Shown here one piece after another: positions 1 to 8,675 of a DNA stretch of 64,000 nucleotides. Each line of letters begins with the position of its first letter. Within the stretch, counting starts at the first letter, position 1. A program made the position numbers and the translations under genes. Below the pieces are notes generated by a model that worked only from the letters and a program-made list of their open reading frames with translations, ran no database searches and was not told where the DNA came from. The stretch comes from Limnothrix sp. BL-A-16 (lineage in GTDB: Bacteria; Cyanobacteriota; Cyanobacteriia; CACIAM-69d): positions 1,152,001 through 1,216,000 of the forward strand of contig CP166615.1 of NCBI GenBank assembly GCA_041937175.2, in the 5' to 3' direction.

Positions 1-1059
1 TACAGTGCCCGATCGCCCCGTTGGAAACCCAAGCCGATCGCGCCGCCTTTCGCGGGCCTCGATCCGCAATTGCAAAATCTCTTTCGCCAGGCCTTTGAAA
101 CCCGCCACCCGGCTGATCGGCCCAGCGCCCGTCAGTGGTTCACCGTTTTGGACAGCGCCGAAAACAACCTCGTGACCTGTAGCGCCAATCCTCACCATAT
201 CTACTTTGGCCATCAGGGTTCCTGTCCCTGGTGCGATCGGGCGCGACAGTTCCGAGGGCGCGATCCCTTTCCCTCTCCGGCCGCCATCCGGCGCGGCGAG
301 CATATCCAACTGGCCAAAACGCACCGCAAGGCTCCCCGGGTGGTGACCCCGCCGCCCATCGCCGCCAGCATCCAAACGATTCCCCTGCGCCCCCTGCCGC
401 CCACCGTCACCGCCCGCAACTATTGGCTGGCTCCCGGCTATTCCCGATCGAGCGCTTGGGTCTCTGCCATTGGGTTGGGCTGCTGTTTTTTGGTCTCCGC
501 CGCCATCATTGCCAGCCGAGAGGCCCTCGACTTTTCCACCCCCGGAGTCCCCGCCCTCATTCCCCGCGTTCTGACGGCTCGCCCCCCTGTCCTTAGCCCA
601 GAACAGCAGCGCCTGGCCCTGATCCAATTTGACAGCACCCGCAGCCAAATCGAAGGCCTCACCAATCAACTCACTCAAGAAATGGTGACCCTGATGCAGG
701 ATCCCGATCGGCCCCTTGTGCGGCTTTCCCGATCGGCCCTCACGGAGCGATCCCAACGGGCGATCGCCTCCGCTCTGGGTAAGCCGGGCCTGTTTTATGG
801 CAATGGAACCATTTCCGGCTCCTTGCCCCCGGACGGGGAGGCCACCCAAACGGTGCTGCAAATTCAATGGATTGAAGCCATTTCCGAATATCAACGGCGG
901 ATTTTGGGCGACCAATACGCTTGGGGCTATCTGGATTCCGCCACCGTCCGCCACCTCACGGCCGACTCTCGCCAAATTTTGCTGGACTCGCTCACGCCCG
1001 TGCCCGTGGCGGTTCCCAGCACGCTCACCCAGCCCGATCGCCCCGCCAATCAACCCTAG
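1..1059 (+). CDS. 5'-truncated Ser/Thr kinase-like protein (YegI/COG4248-like) with Cys/His motif, one TM helix and a C-terminal unknown domain
   Basis: Frame is open from base 1 (YSARSPRW...PPFAGLDPQLQNLF). Kinase C-lobe-like LFRQAF..HPADRPSARQW, then C..N..H.Y..H...CPWC, then hydrophobic AWVSAIGLGCCFLVSAAII. Confidence 0.6.
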   Translation, partial: YSARSPRWKPKPIAPPFAGLDPQLQNLFRQAFETRHPADRPSARQWFTVLDSAENNLVTCSANPHHIYFGHQGSCPWCDRARQFRGRDPFPSPAAIRRGEHIQLAKTHRKAPRVVTPPPIAASIQTIPLRPLPPTVTARNYWLAPGYSRSSAWVSAIGLGCCFLVSAAIIASREALDFSTPGVPALIPRVLTARPPVLSPEQQRLALIQFDSTRSQIEGLTNQLTQEMVTLMQDPDRPLVRLSRSALTERSQRAIASALGKPGLFYGNGTISGSLPPDGEATQTVLQIQWIEAISEYQRRILGDQYAWGYLDSATVRHLTADSRQILLDSLTPVPVAVPSTLTQPDRPANQP

Positions 1060-1101
1060 GGAGCAAGGCCATAGAGTTATGAAAGGGAGTCACGAAAGGA
1101 T

Positions 1102-1276
1102 TAGACCTCTTGCGCGAATCAGCTAATAGCCCTCATCCCCCAACCCCTTCTCCCAAGGGGGGCGAAGGGGAGCCAGAAATCGGGAGTTACGGCGATTTCG
1201 TTGTTGATTTTCAAGTCCCTCTCCCGACTTGGGAGAGGGATTTAGGGTGAGGGTCTTAATTGATGCAAGAGATCTA
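1102..1276 (+). mobile_element. MITE family A (~175 bp, TIR TAGACCTCTTGC...GCAAGAG(A/G)TCTA), copy 1
   Basis: TIRs plus internal CCCTCTCCC..GGGAGAGGG and CCCCTTC..GAAGGGG hairpins; near-identical copies at 16601 and 26634. Confidence 0.85.
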
Positions 1277-1349
1277 TTGATGGATGCTCCCATGCACCGA
1301 GAATGGAGCGCGGCCCAACCGATCGGGAATGGTCGTGAATCCGGGACGG

Positions 1350-1752
1350 GCGATCGCACCGTGGCCCATGATATCGATCGCCCCATTGCCCCCCAAATCC
1401 CGTAGGGGCGCATCGCCATGCGCCCTCCGGTACGCGAGATCTCCGAGGGCCAATTCGTTTCGATCGATCCTGGCGGAGGGTGTACAGCGGTACGCCCCTA
1501 CCCGATCGCCCCATTGACGGGGAAAACCCGATGCATGATCCCGAGGCGCGATCGCACCGTGGCCCATGATATCGATCGGCCCATTGCCCCCCAAATCCCG
1601 TAGGGGCGCATCGCCATGCGCCCTCCGGTACGCGAGATCTCCGAGGGCCAATTCGTTTCGATCGATCCTGGCGGAGGGCGTACAGCGGTACGCCCCTACC
1701 CGATCGCCCCATTGACGGGGAAACCCCGATGCATGATCCCGAGGCGCGATCG
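1350..1752. repeat. 198-bp tandem repeat (2 units), each containing an inverted GTAG-type REP doublet (1402-1501, 1600-1699)
   Basis: Direct duplication with 198-bp offset; GTAGGGGCGCATCGCCATGCGCCC faces GGG(T/C)GTACAGCGGTACGCCCCTAC. Confidence 0.85.
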
Positions 1753-1778
1753 CGCCGCGTCCCATGAATCGATCGGCT

Positions 1779-2008
1779 GTAGGGTGCATGGGAGTACGGC
1801 CACAGAGTCACGAAACGTTTGATGGATGCTCCCATGCACCGAGAATTGAGCGCGGCCCAACCGATCGGGGATGGTCGTTGAATGCGGGGTGGGTGGCGGT
1901 GCGTGGGAGATCACCGGGAGATGGTTGTTGAATGCGGCATGGGTGGCGGTGCATGGGAGATGAGGGGCAATGGTTATTGACAGCCGAGCGTGCTCCCATG
2001 CACCCTAC
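1779..2008. repeat. GTAG-type REP doublet (GTAGGGTGCATGGGAG...CTCCCATGCACCCTAC)
   Basis: 16-bp inverted repeat starting with GTAG; its right end overlaps the stop codon of the CHAT gene. Confidence 0.7.
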
Positions 2009-5000
2009 GCCTGTCCGTTTGTTTGTTGGTTTCGGATTTGATCAATGGCCCGACGTGAGGTTGCGGCTGATGGTGAACCGATGCGTTCTAGGATTTCGAG
2101 GGAGATTGATAGATCGACCAGACCGGCTTCAATTTGCCCGAGCTTGGTGGCCTTGAGCCAGCCCAGCCATTGCAGCGTCATGGCTTTGCCCTGGGCATTG
2201 CCGATTTGCTCTTTGATTTCCAAGGATTGCTGAAAGAGGGCGATCGCCTGCTCGATCTCCCCCCGGTTGGCGTAGATCCTGCCCAGTTCGTGCAGGGTGG
2301 TGGCTTTGCCCCCGATATTGCCGATTTGCTCTTCGATTTCCAGGGATTGCTGATAGAGGGCGATCGCCTGCTCGATCTCGCCCCGGTTGGCGTAGATCCT
2401 GCCCAGTTCGTGCAGGGTGGCGGCTTTGCCCTGGGCATTGCCGATTTGCTCCTCGATTTCCAGGGATTGCTGATAGAGGGCGATCGCCTGCTCGATCTCC
2501 CCCCGGTTGGCGTAGAGGGTGGCAAGGTTGTGCAGGGTGGTGGCTTTGCCCCCGATATTGCCGATTTGCTCTTCGATTTCCAGGGATTGCTGATAGAGGG
2601 CGATCGCCTGCTCGATCTCGCCCCGGTTGGCGTAGATCCTGCCCAGTTCGTGCAGGGTGGCGGCTTTGCCCTGGGCATTGCCGATTTGCTCCTCGATTTC
2701 CAGGGATTGCTGATAGAGGGCGATCGCCTGCTCGATCTCCCCCCGGTTGGCGTAGAGGGTGGCAAGGTTGTGGATAATCGTGGCTCGGTCGCGGATTTCG
2801 GCTTCGGTGCTGGTAGGGCAGCGATCGAGGGCGGTTTGGTAGTTCGCCAAGGCTGCGGCCACATCCCCGAGTTCTTGTTGCGATCGGGCTAGATTGTGAA
2901 TCACTCGATAATCTGCCGTTAGGGTCAGGTTTTTTTGGCAGAGATCGCGGGCTTCCCGAAAGCGACTGCGTTTAATCCATTGATTGGTAACAGCTTTCGA
3001 GATCGTGGTAGAAATCTCTGATTCTTGGCCCAACAGCGCCAGCCGGTGAATTTCTAGGCGCTGTTCCTCTGTGGAACTGTCCGATTCTTCCCACCAAAGG
3101 CGATAGAGCGTTTGGCAAGCCAGGGCCGCCAACTCCTGGGGCGGGGGGCTGGGCAGATCCAGCGGCAAAATGCGCGGCACTCGCAACTCCCCAGCGGGCG
3201 ATTGCTCCAACAACCCCAGGGCTTGGGCCCGAGCCAGGCGGCTGGCCGCCGCTGGGATGTCCGTCAACAGGGGGTCGATCGCCGCTGGTGGCACGGGCAA
3301 CTCATAGATCGCCGCCCGCTGCAACAGGTGGTGCAAATCTTGATCCACCCAATCCCAGAGGGTGGCGGCCAACACTTGCTCCCGTAGCTCGTCCGGCTGT
3401 TGGGCCAGGCGATCGAGCAGGGCGCTCAGGGTGTCCGGGTCGGGGCGCTCGCTCGCTCCTTGGGGGTCGATCGTGATTTTGCCCGACTCATCCAGCCGAC
3501 CCAAGCCGCTCAGGAGCTGATCGAGCCAGCGCCACAGCCGGGGGTTGCCATCGCCCAACTGCCAAGCCCGCTCCACCAGCGATCGGGGCAACGTCGCGGC
3601 GGGGTTGCTGAAACCCGGCAGCCGTTCCCGCAACTTGCGCGCATCCCCATCCCGAAACCCATCAATCCCCAAGTGCCGCAACCGCAACCGATCGCGCAGG
3701 GCCGGGTCAATGTCGTAGCGGGTGGTGATCAGCAGCTTGTGGGGCTGGTCAAAGGCTTGCCGATCGATGGCCGTGGCGATCGCCTCCAAAATTTCCGCCG
3801 CCGCCGGTTGGAGTTGATAAGTGCCGTTTCGCAGTTCCAGGCAGTTTTCAAAATCATCAAACACCCACAAAAAGGGCGGTTGACCCAGGCGAGCTTGCTG
3901 GTCAAACACACGGACAAGTCGATAAGCCAAGGGATTGCGATCGTCTTCCAGAATTTCCCGTTGCTCTGGGGGAAAATCCCACGCCGTTTCCCGCACAAAC
4001 CGAGGCAAATCCAACCGCCCCACAATCACCACCCGCTGGAATTGGTCGAGCCGATCGCACAGCCGGGCCGCGATGCTGCTTTTGCCCAGGCCGCCCATGC
4101 CCTGGAGCCACACCCCCACCGAGTCGCGATCGCGCAACACCCGCAAGCCCCGCTGCAACCAGCGCCGCCGCCCCACAAACTCCCGCCGGGTCGGCACTTG
4201 CACCGTCTGCCGATTTGGATCGAGAAATTGCCCCACCAGGCTGGCCTTGGGCGCACGCAACCGGCCGGGCGATCGGGGAGCCGTCACCAAGGGGCCGATC
4301 GCCGGGGTCAGGTCGCCCCCCACAAACAACCGCAACAAATACCACTCGGGCGATCGACCCGTTTCCAAGGGCCGCGTCAGCTCCCCATAGGCCACCCGCA
4401 ACGCATCCACGAGCGATCGCCCCTCCGCCAACCCGCGATAGATCGCCGCCGCCGCCGCCGTGGCATCGGTGTCATAGACCGGTCGCCCCCAACCCAACAC
4501 GGCCCGTGCCCCCGCTTGCACCAGCGATCGGGCCATGGCGGGCATCCCGTTGCGCCCTTCCCCGGTCTGACAGCCGGACAAAAACACCAAGGGCGGAAAC
4601 TGTCGCCCCAAGGCTTGGGCAATGTCGGCAGCGGTCGCATCGTGGCGATCGCCCGTTTCCGTTTCCGTAATGAACACCGGCACGGGCGGTTGTTGGCGCT
4701 GATCAATGCCCGCATGGCCGGTCAGGTGCAACAAATCCAACTCGCTGGGATCAAACTGCCCCACCAACCAGCCCAAATCCTCCAGACAGCCGGTTTCTTC
4801 CACGGTCAACCGCATATCCAGGCGATCGGTCGCATCCAAAATCGCCTGCTCTTCGGTTTCAAACCCCAGGGCCACGCCGCCCCCGGTGGGAGCCGCCGCC
4901 ATAAACAGCCCATGCAACGCCCGGTTGCGCCGCTCGATCGGGGTCAGGGGCCGCGCCTCCGCACAAACCCGCACCGGCACAATCCCCGCCGCCACCAAAA

Positions 5001-5361
5001 AGCGATCGCCATCGTGCAGCAACTCCCAAGGCAACCGCCCCAAGTCGGGCCAGCTCGGATCGGTTGGCGCGATCAAGTCGATCGCCAATACCTCGGGCCG
5101 CTGATCCGCCAACTGCCGACTCAACAGCCGATCGCTCCCATCCAGCCAAGCAAACAACTGCCGCCCCAAGGCCAACGCCTCGGCCGGCCCCTGCCGAGGA
5201 TCGAGCGTTCGGTCAAAGAGGCGATCGGCCTGGTCGATCGCCTGGCCCAACTCCGCCACCGGGAGCGATCGGCTCTCGTAGCGATTGGGATTCTCAAAAA
5301 ACCAGCGGAATTCCACCGTATCCGCCGTCAGCGATCGCAACCAAAGGGAGAGCGTCGTCAT
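2005..5361 (-). CDS. CHAT (caspase-like) domain - P-loop NTPase (STAND/NB-ARC-like) - TPR protein
   Basis: CHAT motifs LPWELL, LHLTGHAG, LSGCQT; Walker A GMGGLGKS; Walker B WVFDDFE; GNP motif (GDGNPR); C-terminal 40-aa TPR repeats. Confidence 0.9.
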   Translation of the reverse strand: MTTLSLWLRSLTADTVEFRWFFENPNRYESRSLPVAELGQAIDQADRLFDRTLDPRQGPAEALALGRQLFAWLDGSDRLLSRQLADQRPEVLAIDLIAPTDPSWPDLGRLPWELLHDGDRFLVAAGIVPVRVCAEARPLTPIERRNRALHGLFMAAAPTGGGVALGFETEEQAILDATDRLDMRLTVEETGCLEDLGWLVGQFDPSELDLLHLTGHAGIDQRQQPPVPVFITETETGDRHDATAADIAQALGRQFPPLVFLSGCQTGEGRNGMPAMARSLVQAGARAVLGWGRPVYDTDATAAAAAIYRGLAEGRSLVDALRVAYGELTRPLETGRSPEWYLLRLFVGGDLTPAIGPLVTAPRSPGRLRAPKASLVGQFLDPNRQTVQVPTRREFVGRRRWLQRGLRVLRDRDSVGVWLQGMGGLGKSSIAARLCDRLDQFQRVVIVGRLDLPRFVRETAWDFPPEQREILEDDRNPLAYRLVRVFDQQARLGQPPFLWVFDDFENCLELRNGTYQLQPAAAEILEAIATAIDRQAFDQPHKLLITTRYDIDPALRDRLRLRHLGIDGFRDGDARKLRERLPGFSNPAATLPRSLVERAWQLGDGNPRLWRWLDQLLSGLGRLDESGKITIDPQGASERPDPDTLSALLDRLAQQPDELREQVLAATLWDWVDQDLHHLLQRAAIYELPVPPAAIDPLLTDIPAAASRLARAQALGLLEQSPAGELRVPRILPLDLPSPPPQELAALACQTLYRLWWEESDSSTEEQRLEIHRLALLGQESEISTTISKAVTNQWIKRSRFREARDLCQKNLTLTADYRVIHNLARSQQELGDVAAALANYQTALDRCPTSTEAEIRDRATIIHNLATLYANRGEIEQAIALYQQSLEIEEQIGNAQGKAATLHELGRIYANRGEIEQAIALYQQSLEIEEQIGNIGGKATTLHNLATLYANRGEIEQAIALYQQSLEIEEQIGNAQGKAATLHELGRIYANRGEIEQAIALYQQSLEIEEQIGNIGGKATTLHELGRIYANRGEIEQAIALFQQSLEIKEQIGNAQGKAMTLQWLGWLKATKLGQIEAGLVDLSISLEILERIGSPSAATSRRAIDQIRNQQTNGQA
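2181..2772 (-). repeat. Intragenic 120-bp tandem repeats (~5 units) encoding TPRs, including an exact 240-bp duplication
   Basis: 2290-2532 is identical to 2530-2772 by line-by-line comparison. Confidence 0.95.
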
Positions 5362-5517
5362 GGGGAGCGATCCAAACCCAAAATGCTGGCCAAATTCTCT
5401 CCAGTCTAGCCCTCGGTTTTGGGCGATCGCTATGCCCGCAAGGCTTCCGCGATTTTGGTTTGTAGCGTGTTGACCCCATCGGCTAACCGATCAGCTTCGG
5501 TTGTTTACCTAGGGCCG

Positions 5518-5553
5518 GGATCCCCGCTCTTTCTAGGCGGGGAGGTTAATCAA
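5518..5553 (+). other. Hairpin resembling an IS200/IS605 right end (alternatively a terminator/stabiliser for the 6S-like RNA)
   Basis: GGATCCCCGCTCTTTCTAGGCGGGGAGGTTAATCAAC: CCCCGC/GCGGGG stem followed by TCAA. Confidence 0.4.
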
Positions 5554-5565
5554 CAATTGGTTGAA

Positions 5566-5740
5566 GCAAATTCTGAGGAGTTGGGTTAACCGCAAATGCC
5601 GTCTTGCCTCAGCTTCCGACCTGGAAAAACCAGGTGGGTACTCTTGTCTCCGTTTAAAGTTTCTGAGTTAACAAAGCGCCGAAACGCTCGCTCAGTCTAC
5701 TGCCACTAAGACGTTCGGTGAGTCCCCGAATTGGAACAAA
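5566..5740 (-). ncRNA. ssrS: 6S RNA (cyanobacterial 6Sa/SsaA type); ends approximate
   Basis: Minus strand reads GGGGACUCACCG...UUUGUUAACUCAGAACUUUAAA...ACCCACCUGG-UUUUU-CCAGGUCGGAAGCUGAGGCAAGACGGCA...GCGGUUAACCC. The 5' and 3' ends can pair into a long rod. Match to cyanobacterial 6S core is from memory and needs an Rfam check. Confidence 0.75.
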
Positions 5741-5954
5741 CATAGATCGCAAAACAATTATTGGCAGTCACCAACATTGCAGCAAAACCCAACCGGAATT
5801 ATAGCAAACAGTTTTAGGATTACGATCGCCCCGGGAGCACTAGTTTTGGCCCTGAGTCGATCGCCCGCAGGGCCCCATGAAGCGAGCCAGTAACCCCTAG
5901 CCAGAACCACTCAGGAACCGGATCAGGGCGATCGCCCCGATCTGCGGCTAGTTC

Positions 5955-7757
5955 TCAAGAAGGCTCCGTCAAAAGCTTCACCAACTCTAGTTCTTGGGCG
6001 CGGTGGCCATCTTGGAAAATGGGTACTGGCCGTTCAATGCCCTTGAACCGAAATTCTCCCATTTGCACCCAATTCATTTTGCGCGACACCAAGTCATAGG
6101 TATTGGCGCTGATGATGCATTGACCCACCGGACAAATCGCCTCCATCCGGGCCGCCAGGTTCACCGCGCCGCCCAAGACTGTGTAATCCATCCGTTGGGA
6201 GCTGCCCACATCCCCCACCACGGCCCGACCGCTGTTGATGGCAATCCGTAGTTGCAAATGCTCGCCCAACACGTTTCGTTTATTTAGATCGTCCAAGCGC
6301 TCCAGCATTCGCCGGGCCGCAATCACAGCGCGATCGGCATGATCCGGTTGTGGTTCCGGCGCACCAAAAAAGGCCATGATGCAATCGCCAATGAACTTAT
6401 CGAGGGTTCCTCCAAGGGCAAACACCTCTTGCAGCATTTCTTCAAAAAAGCGGTTCAACAGATCCGCCACCTCCGCCGGACTCAGGCGCTCCGAAAGGGC
6501 CGTAAACCCGACAATATCCGCAAACAAAATGCTGAGTTCCCCGTCAGTGGTGGGAATCCGGCCATCCTCGTGGGTGCCAGCAGCGATCATCTGTTGCACC
6601 ACCGCAGGCGAGTGATAGCGCTCTAGCTTTTGGCACAGGCGCTCTTCTTCCTGAAGCTTGCGGGTGAGCAACCACCGTTGAACACTGGCAGCCACGAGGT
6701 TGGCCAACGCCGAAAAGAAACTGAGATCGTCTTCGCCCTCTTGCACCCAACTTTCGGAGGACAGGTTGGCATCGGCGTAGAGTACGCCGACCACTTTGTC
6801 TTCGTTCCAAAGGGGCACGGCCATGGCGCTGCGGATGCCCTTATAGAGAATGCTTTGTTCTGCGCCAAACCGTTCGTCGGCTTGGGCATCGGCCGTTTGC
6901 AGGGCAATTTTTTCCTTGAAAACTTTTTGGCAGATGCTTTGGCTGATCCAACCGCTGTTGAGGGTGAGGTCGCGGGCCCGTTCGGTTTCGCGGGCGGCCG
7001 CGTTCAGCAGTTGCAGTTGGCCATTGCCTTCCACATCCACCAACAGGGCCAGGCGCTCAATGTTGGTGAGATAGCGAAACACCACTTCTTGCACTTGGGA
7101 GAAGATGGCGTTGCTGCTGGCGGCGGAGGTGAGGCCTTTGGCGATTTCTACGAGATCGCGCAGGCGGGCAATGGTGCGATCGCGCTCATAAAGACTGTCG
7201 CCGCTGCCTTCGCTGGTGCGGAGCCACTGTTCTTTGAGGTCACTGGCATCGCGTGAAATTCGCATTTTGCCATCGGCCGTGGCATCAATCAGGGGCAGCT
7301 TGACCAGATTGGGCCGCACCACGGAAACGGTGGGCGGCAAAACCTCGGGGTTTAAGGGAACCTGCACCCGCTGGGAATAGACGGCTTTGGGCCCTTGGGG
7401 CGATTGGCGCGATCGGGTGATGGTGGGATTCGTGACCGCGCTGGCCGTGCCCACCCCTGCCAGCAGAATCGTGATACAAACATTTTCGATATAGATTCGA
7501 TCGCCGTGGGCGATGGGGGTTGGCTGTTGGAGGGGGGTTTGGTTCAGGCGTGTGCCGTTTTTGCTTTGCAGGTCTTCAACCATCCAGGGACTAGCCCGAT
7601 CGACGCGGCTAATTCGGGCATGGTGTCGCGACACGCCATAGGGAGAAAGGGGCAGCTCGCAATCACTGGCCCGCCCGATCGTCACGGAGTCGGTTTCCAC
7701 GGGAATCAGTCGATCGGGGCTACCGGGAACCTGAAGGCGTAATTGGATCTCAGCCAT
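5955..7757 (-). CDS. cyaD: Class III adenylate cyclase with FHA and GAF domains (CyaD-like)
   Basis: FHA motifs IGR, SRHHA, DLQSKNGT; GAF SAMAVPL..VVGVLY; cyclase LFADIVGFT, DKFIGDCIMA, DYTVLGGAVNLAAR. Confidence 0.9.
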   Translation of the reverse strand: MAEIQLRLQVPGSPDRLIPVETDSVTIGRASDCELPLSPYGVSRHHARISRVDRASPWMVEDLQSKNGTRLNQTPLQQPTPIAHGDRIYIENVCITILLAGVGTASAVTNPTITRSRQSPQGPKAVYSQRVQVPLNPEVLPPTVSVVRPNLVKLPLIDATADGKMRISRDASDLKEQWLRTSEGSGDSLYERDRTIARLRDLVEIAKGLTSAASSNAIFSQVQEVVFRYLTNIERLALLVDVEGNGQLQLLNAAARETERARDLTLNSGWISQSICQKVFKEKIALQTADAQADERFGAEQSILYKGIRSAMAVPLWNEDKVVGVLYADANLSSESWVQEGEDDLSFFSALANLVAASVQRWLLTRKLQEEERLCQKLERYHSPAVVQQMIAAGTHEDGRIPTTDGELSILFADIVGFTALSERLSPAEVADLLNRFFEEMLQEVFALGGTLDKFIGDCIMAFFGAPEPQPDHADRAVIAARRMLERLDDLNKRNVLGEHLQLRIAINSGRAVVGDVGSSQRMDYTVLGGAVNLAARMEAICPVGQCIISANTYDLVSRKMNWVQMGEFRFKGIERPVPIFQDGHRAQELELVKLLTEPS

Positions 7758-8244
7758 GCCATCTACTCTGCTTCACAGCAATCGAATCAATATCGCCAAA
7801 TCCGCATCGACTGGAACGCTGAGAATAGCACCGGGAACAGCGCCGAGAACGTTAACCGATCGATGCATTACACCCTATTCGACAGCGTTTAGGCTCACAA
7901 GCGTTGAGGGGCCAGACCAGTTTTTCAGAACGCCCATGCCCCAGTCCGGTTAACCCATCCCGCCGCAGCCCCATTACTGCCTCGCTGTTTTCGTGGTTAG
8001 GCTGTGGTTAAGCCGTATAACCTTGATTAAAGCCTGGTTTAAGCCCCTTGCCCGATCGCCCTGAACGCAATCGGTTTGTTCGAGATGTCCCCTGCGATCG
8101 CCCTCCTCTCGCGACCAATTGGCTAAGCGTCCCCCGATCGCCCGTTCCCATACCCAAATCCAGAACCGGCACTGCAAAAGCACCGCTCCTTCCCATTTTT
8201 CTCGCTGGATGCGAGTTGAGTTGATCTGTGGTGATGCGTTGTTG

Positions 8245-8335
8245 GTGACCAATTGCAGTGACAAGTTGCAGTGACCAATTACGGTCATGAACTGCAATCA
8301 CGAACTGCGATCGAGAGCTGCGGTCACGAACTGCG
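8245..8335. repeat. Seven degenerate 13-bp tandem repeats
   Basis: GTGACCAATTGCA/GTGACAAGTTGCA/GTGACCAATTACG/GTCATGAACTGCA/ATCACGAACTGCG/ATCGAGAGCTGCG/GTCACGAACTGCG. Confidence 0.75.
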
Positions 8336-8590
8336 ATGAAAACAGAATTCCCGCAAAGTTCCCGCAAATCAACAAGCCGGTATCGCACCCAAGACAGCCT
8401 GCCAAAATCTCACCTGACCCAACGCTAGCACTTGAACCTAGACAATGACGCAATTGCCTTCCACGTTGTGTTCCGTGGCATTCTTCATCCTGTCTAAGTT
8501 CAGTCCAGATTAGCCCCGATCGCCCCAATTAGGCGACTTCCGGCAACCTCAATTCAATTAGCGATTAAAGCGATCAAGGCGCTTGAATCT

Positions 8591-8675
8591 GCCTTCAACC
8601 CGCCTTTGGCTAGCCTTTAACCAGTTTTCAGTCTTTAAACAGTCTTTAAATAGTCTTCAATAAATAGTCTTCAAT
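8591..8675. repeat. Degenerate ~11-bp tandem repeats
   Basis: GCCTTTAACCA, GTCTTTAAACA, GTCTTTAAATA, GTCTTCAAT x2. Confidence 0.6.

Noticed and set aside
1242..1914. Several ORFs with internal repeats (197 aa, 171 aa and others)
   Set aside because: Translations of the 198-bp REP tandem repeat
1350..2772. Possible CRISPR array
   Set aside because: Repeats are contiguous 198-bp or 120-bp units without unique spacers; no cas genes in the window
2181..2772. Diversity-generating retroelement TR/VR pair
   Set aside because: Repeats are tandem and in-frame, differences are not adenine-specific, and there is no reverse transcriptase in the window
3400..5409. 669-aa plus-strand ORF antisense to the CHAT gene
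   Set aside because: Shadow of GC-rich codon usage on the real gene; no recognisable motifs. The same applies to the antisense ORFs over gnd, acs and others
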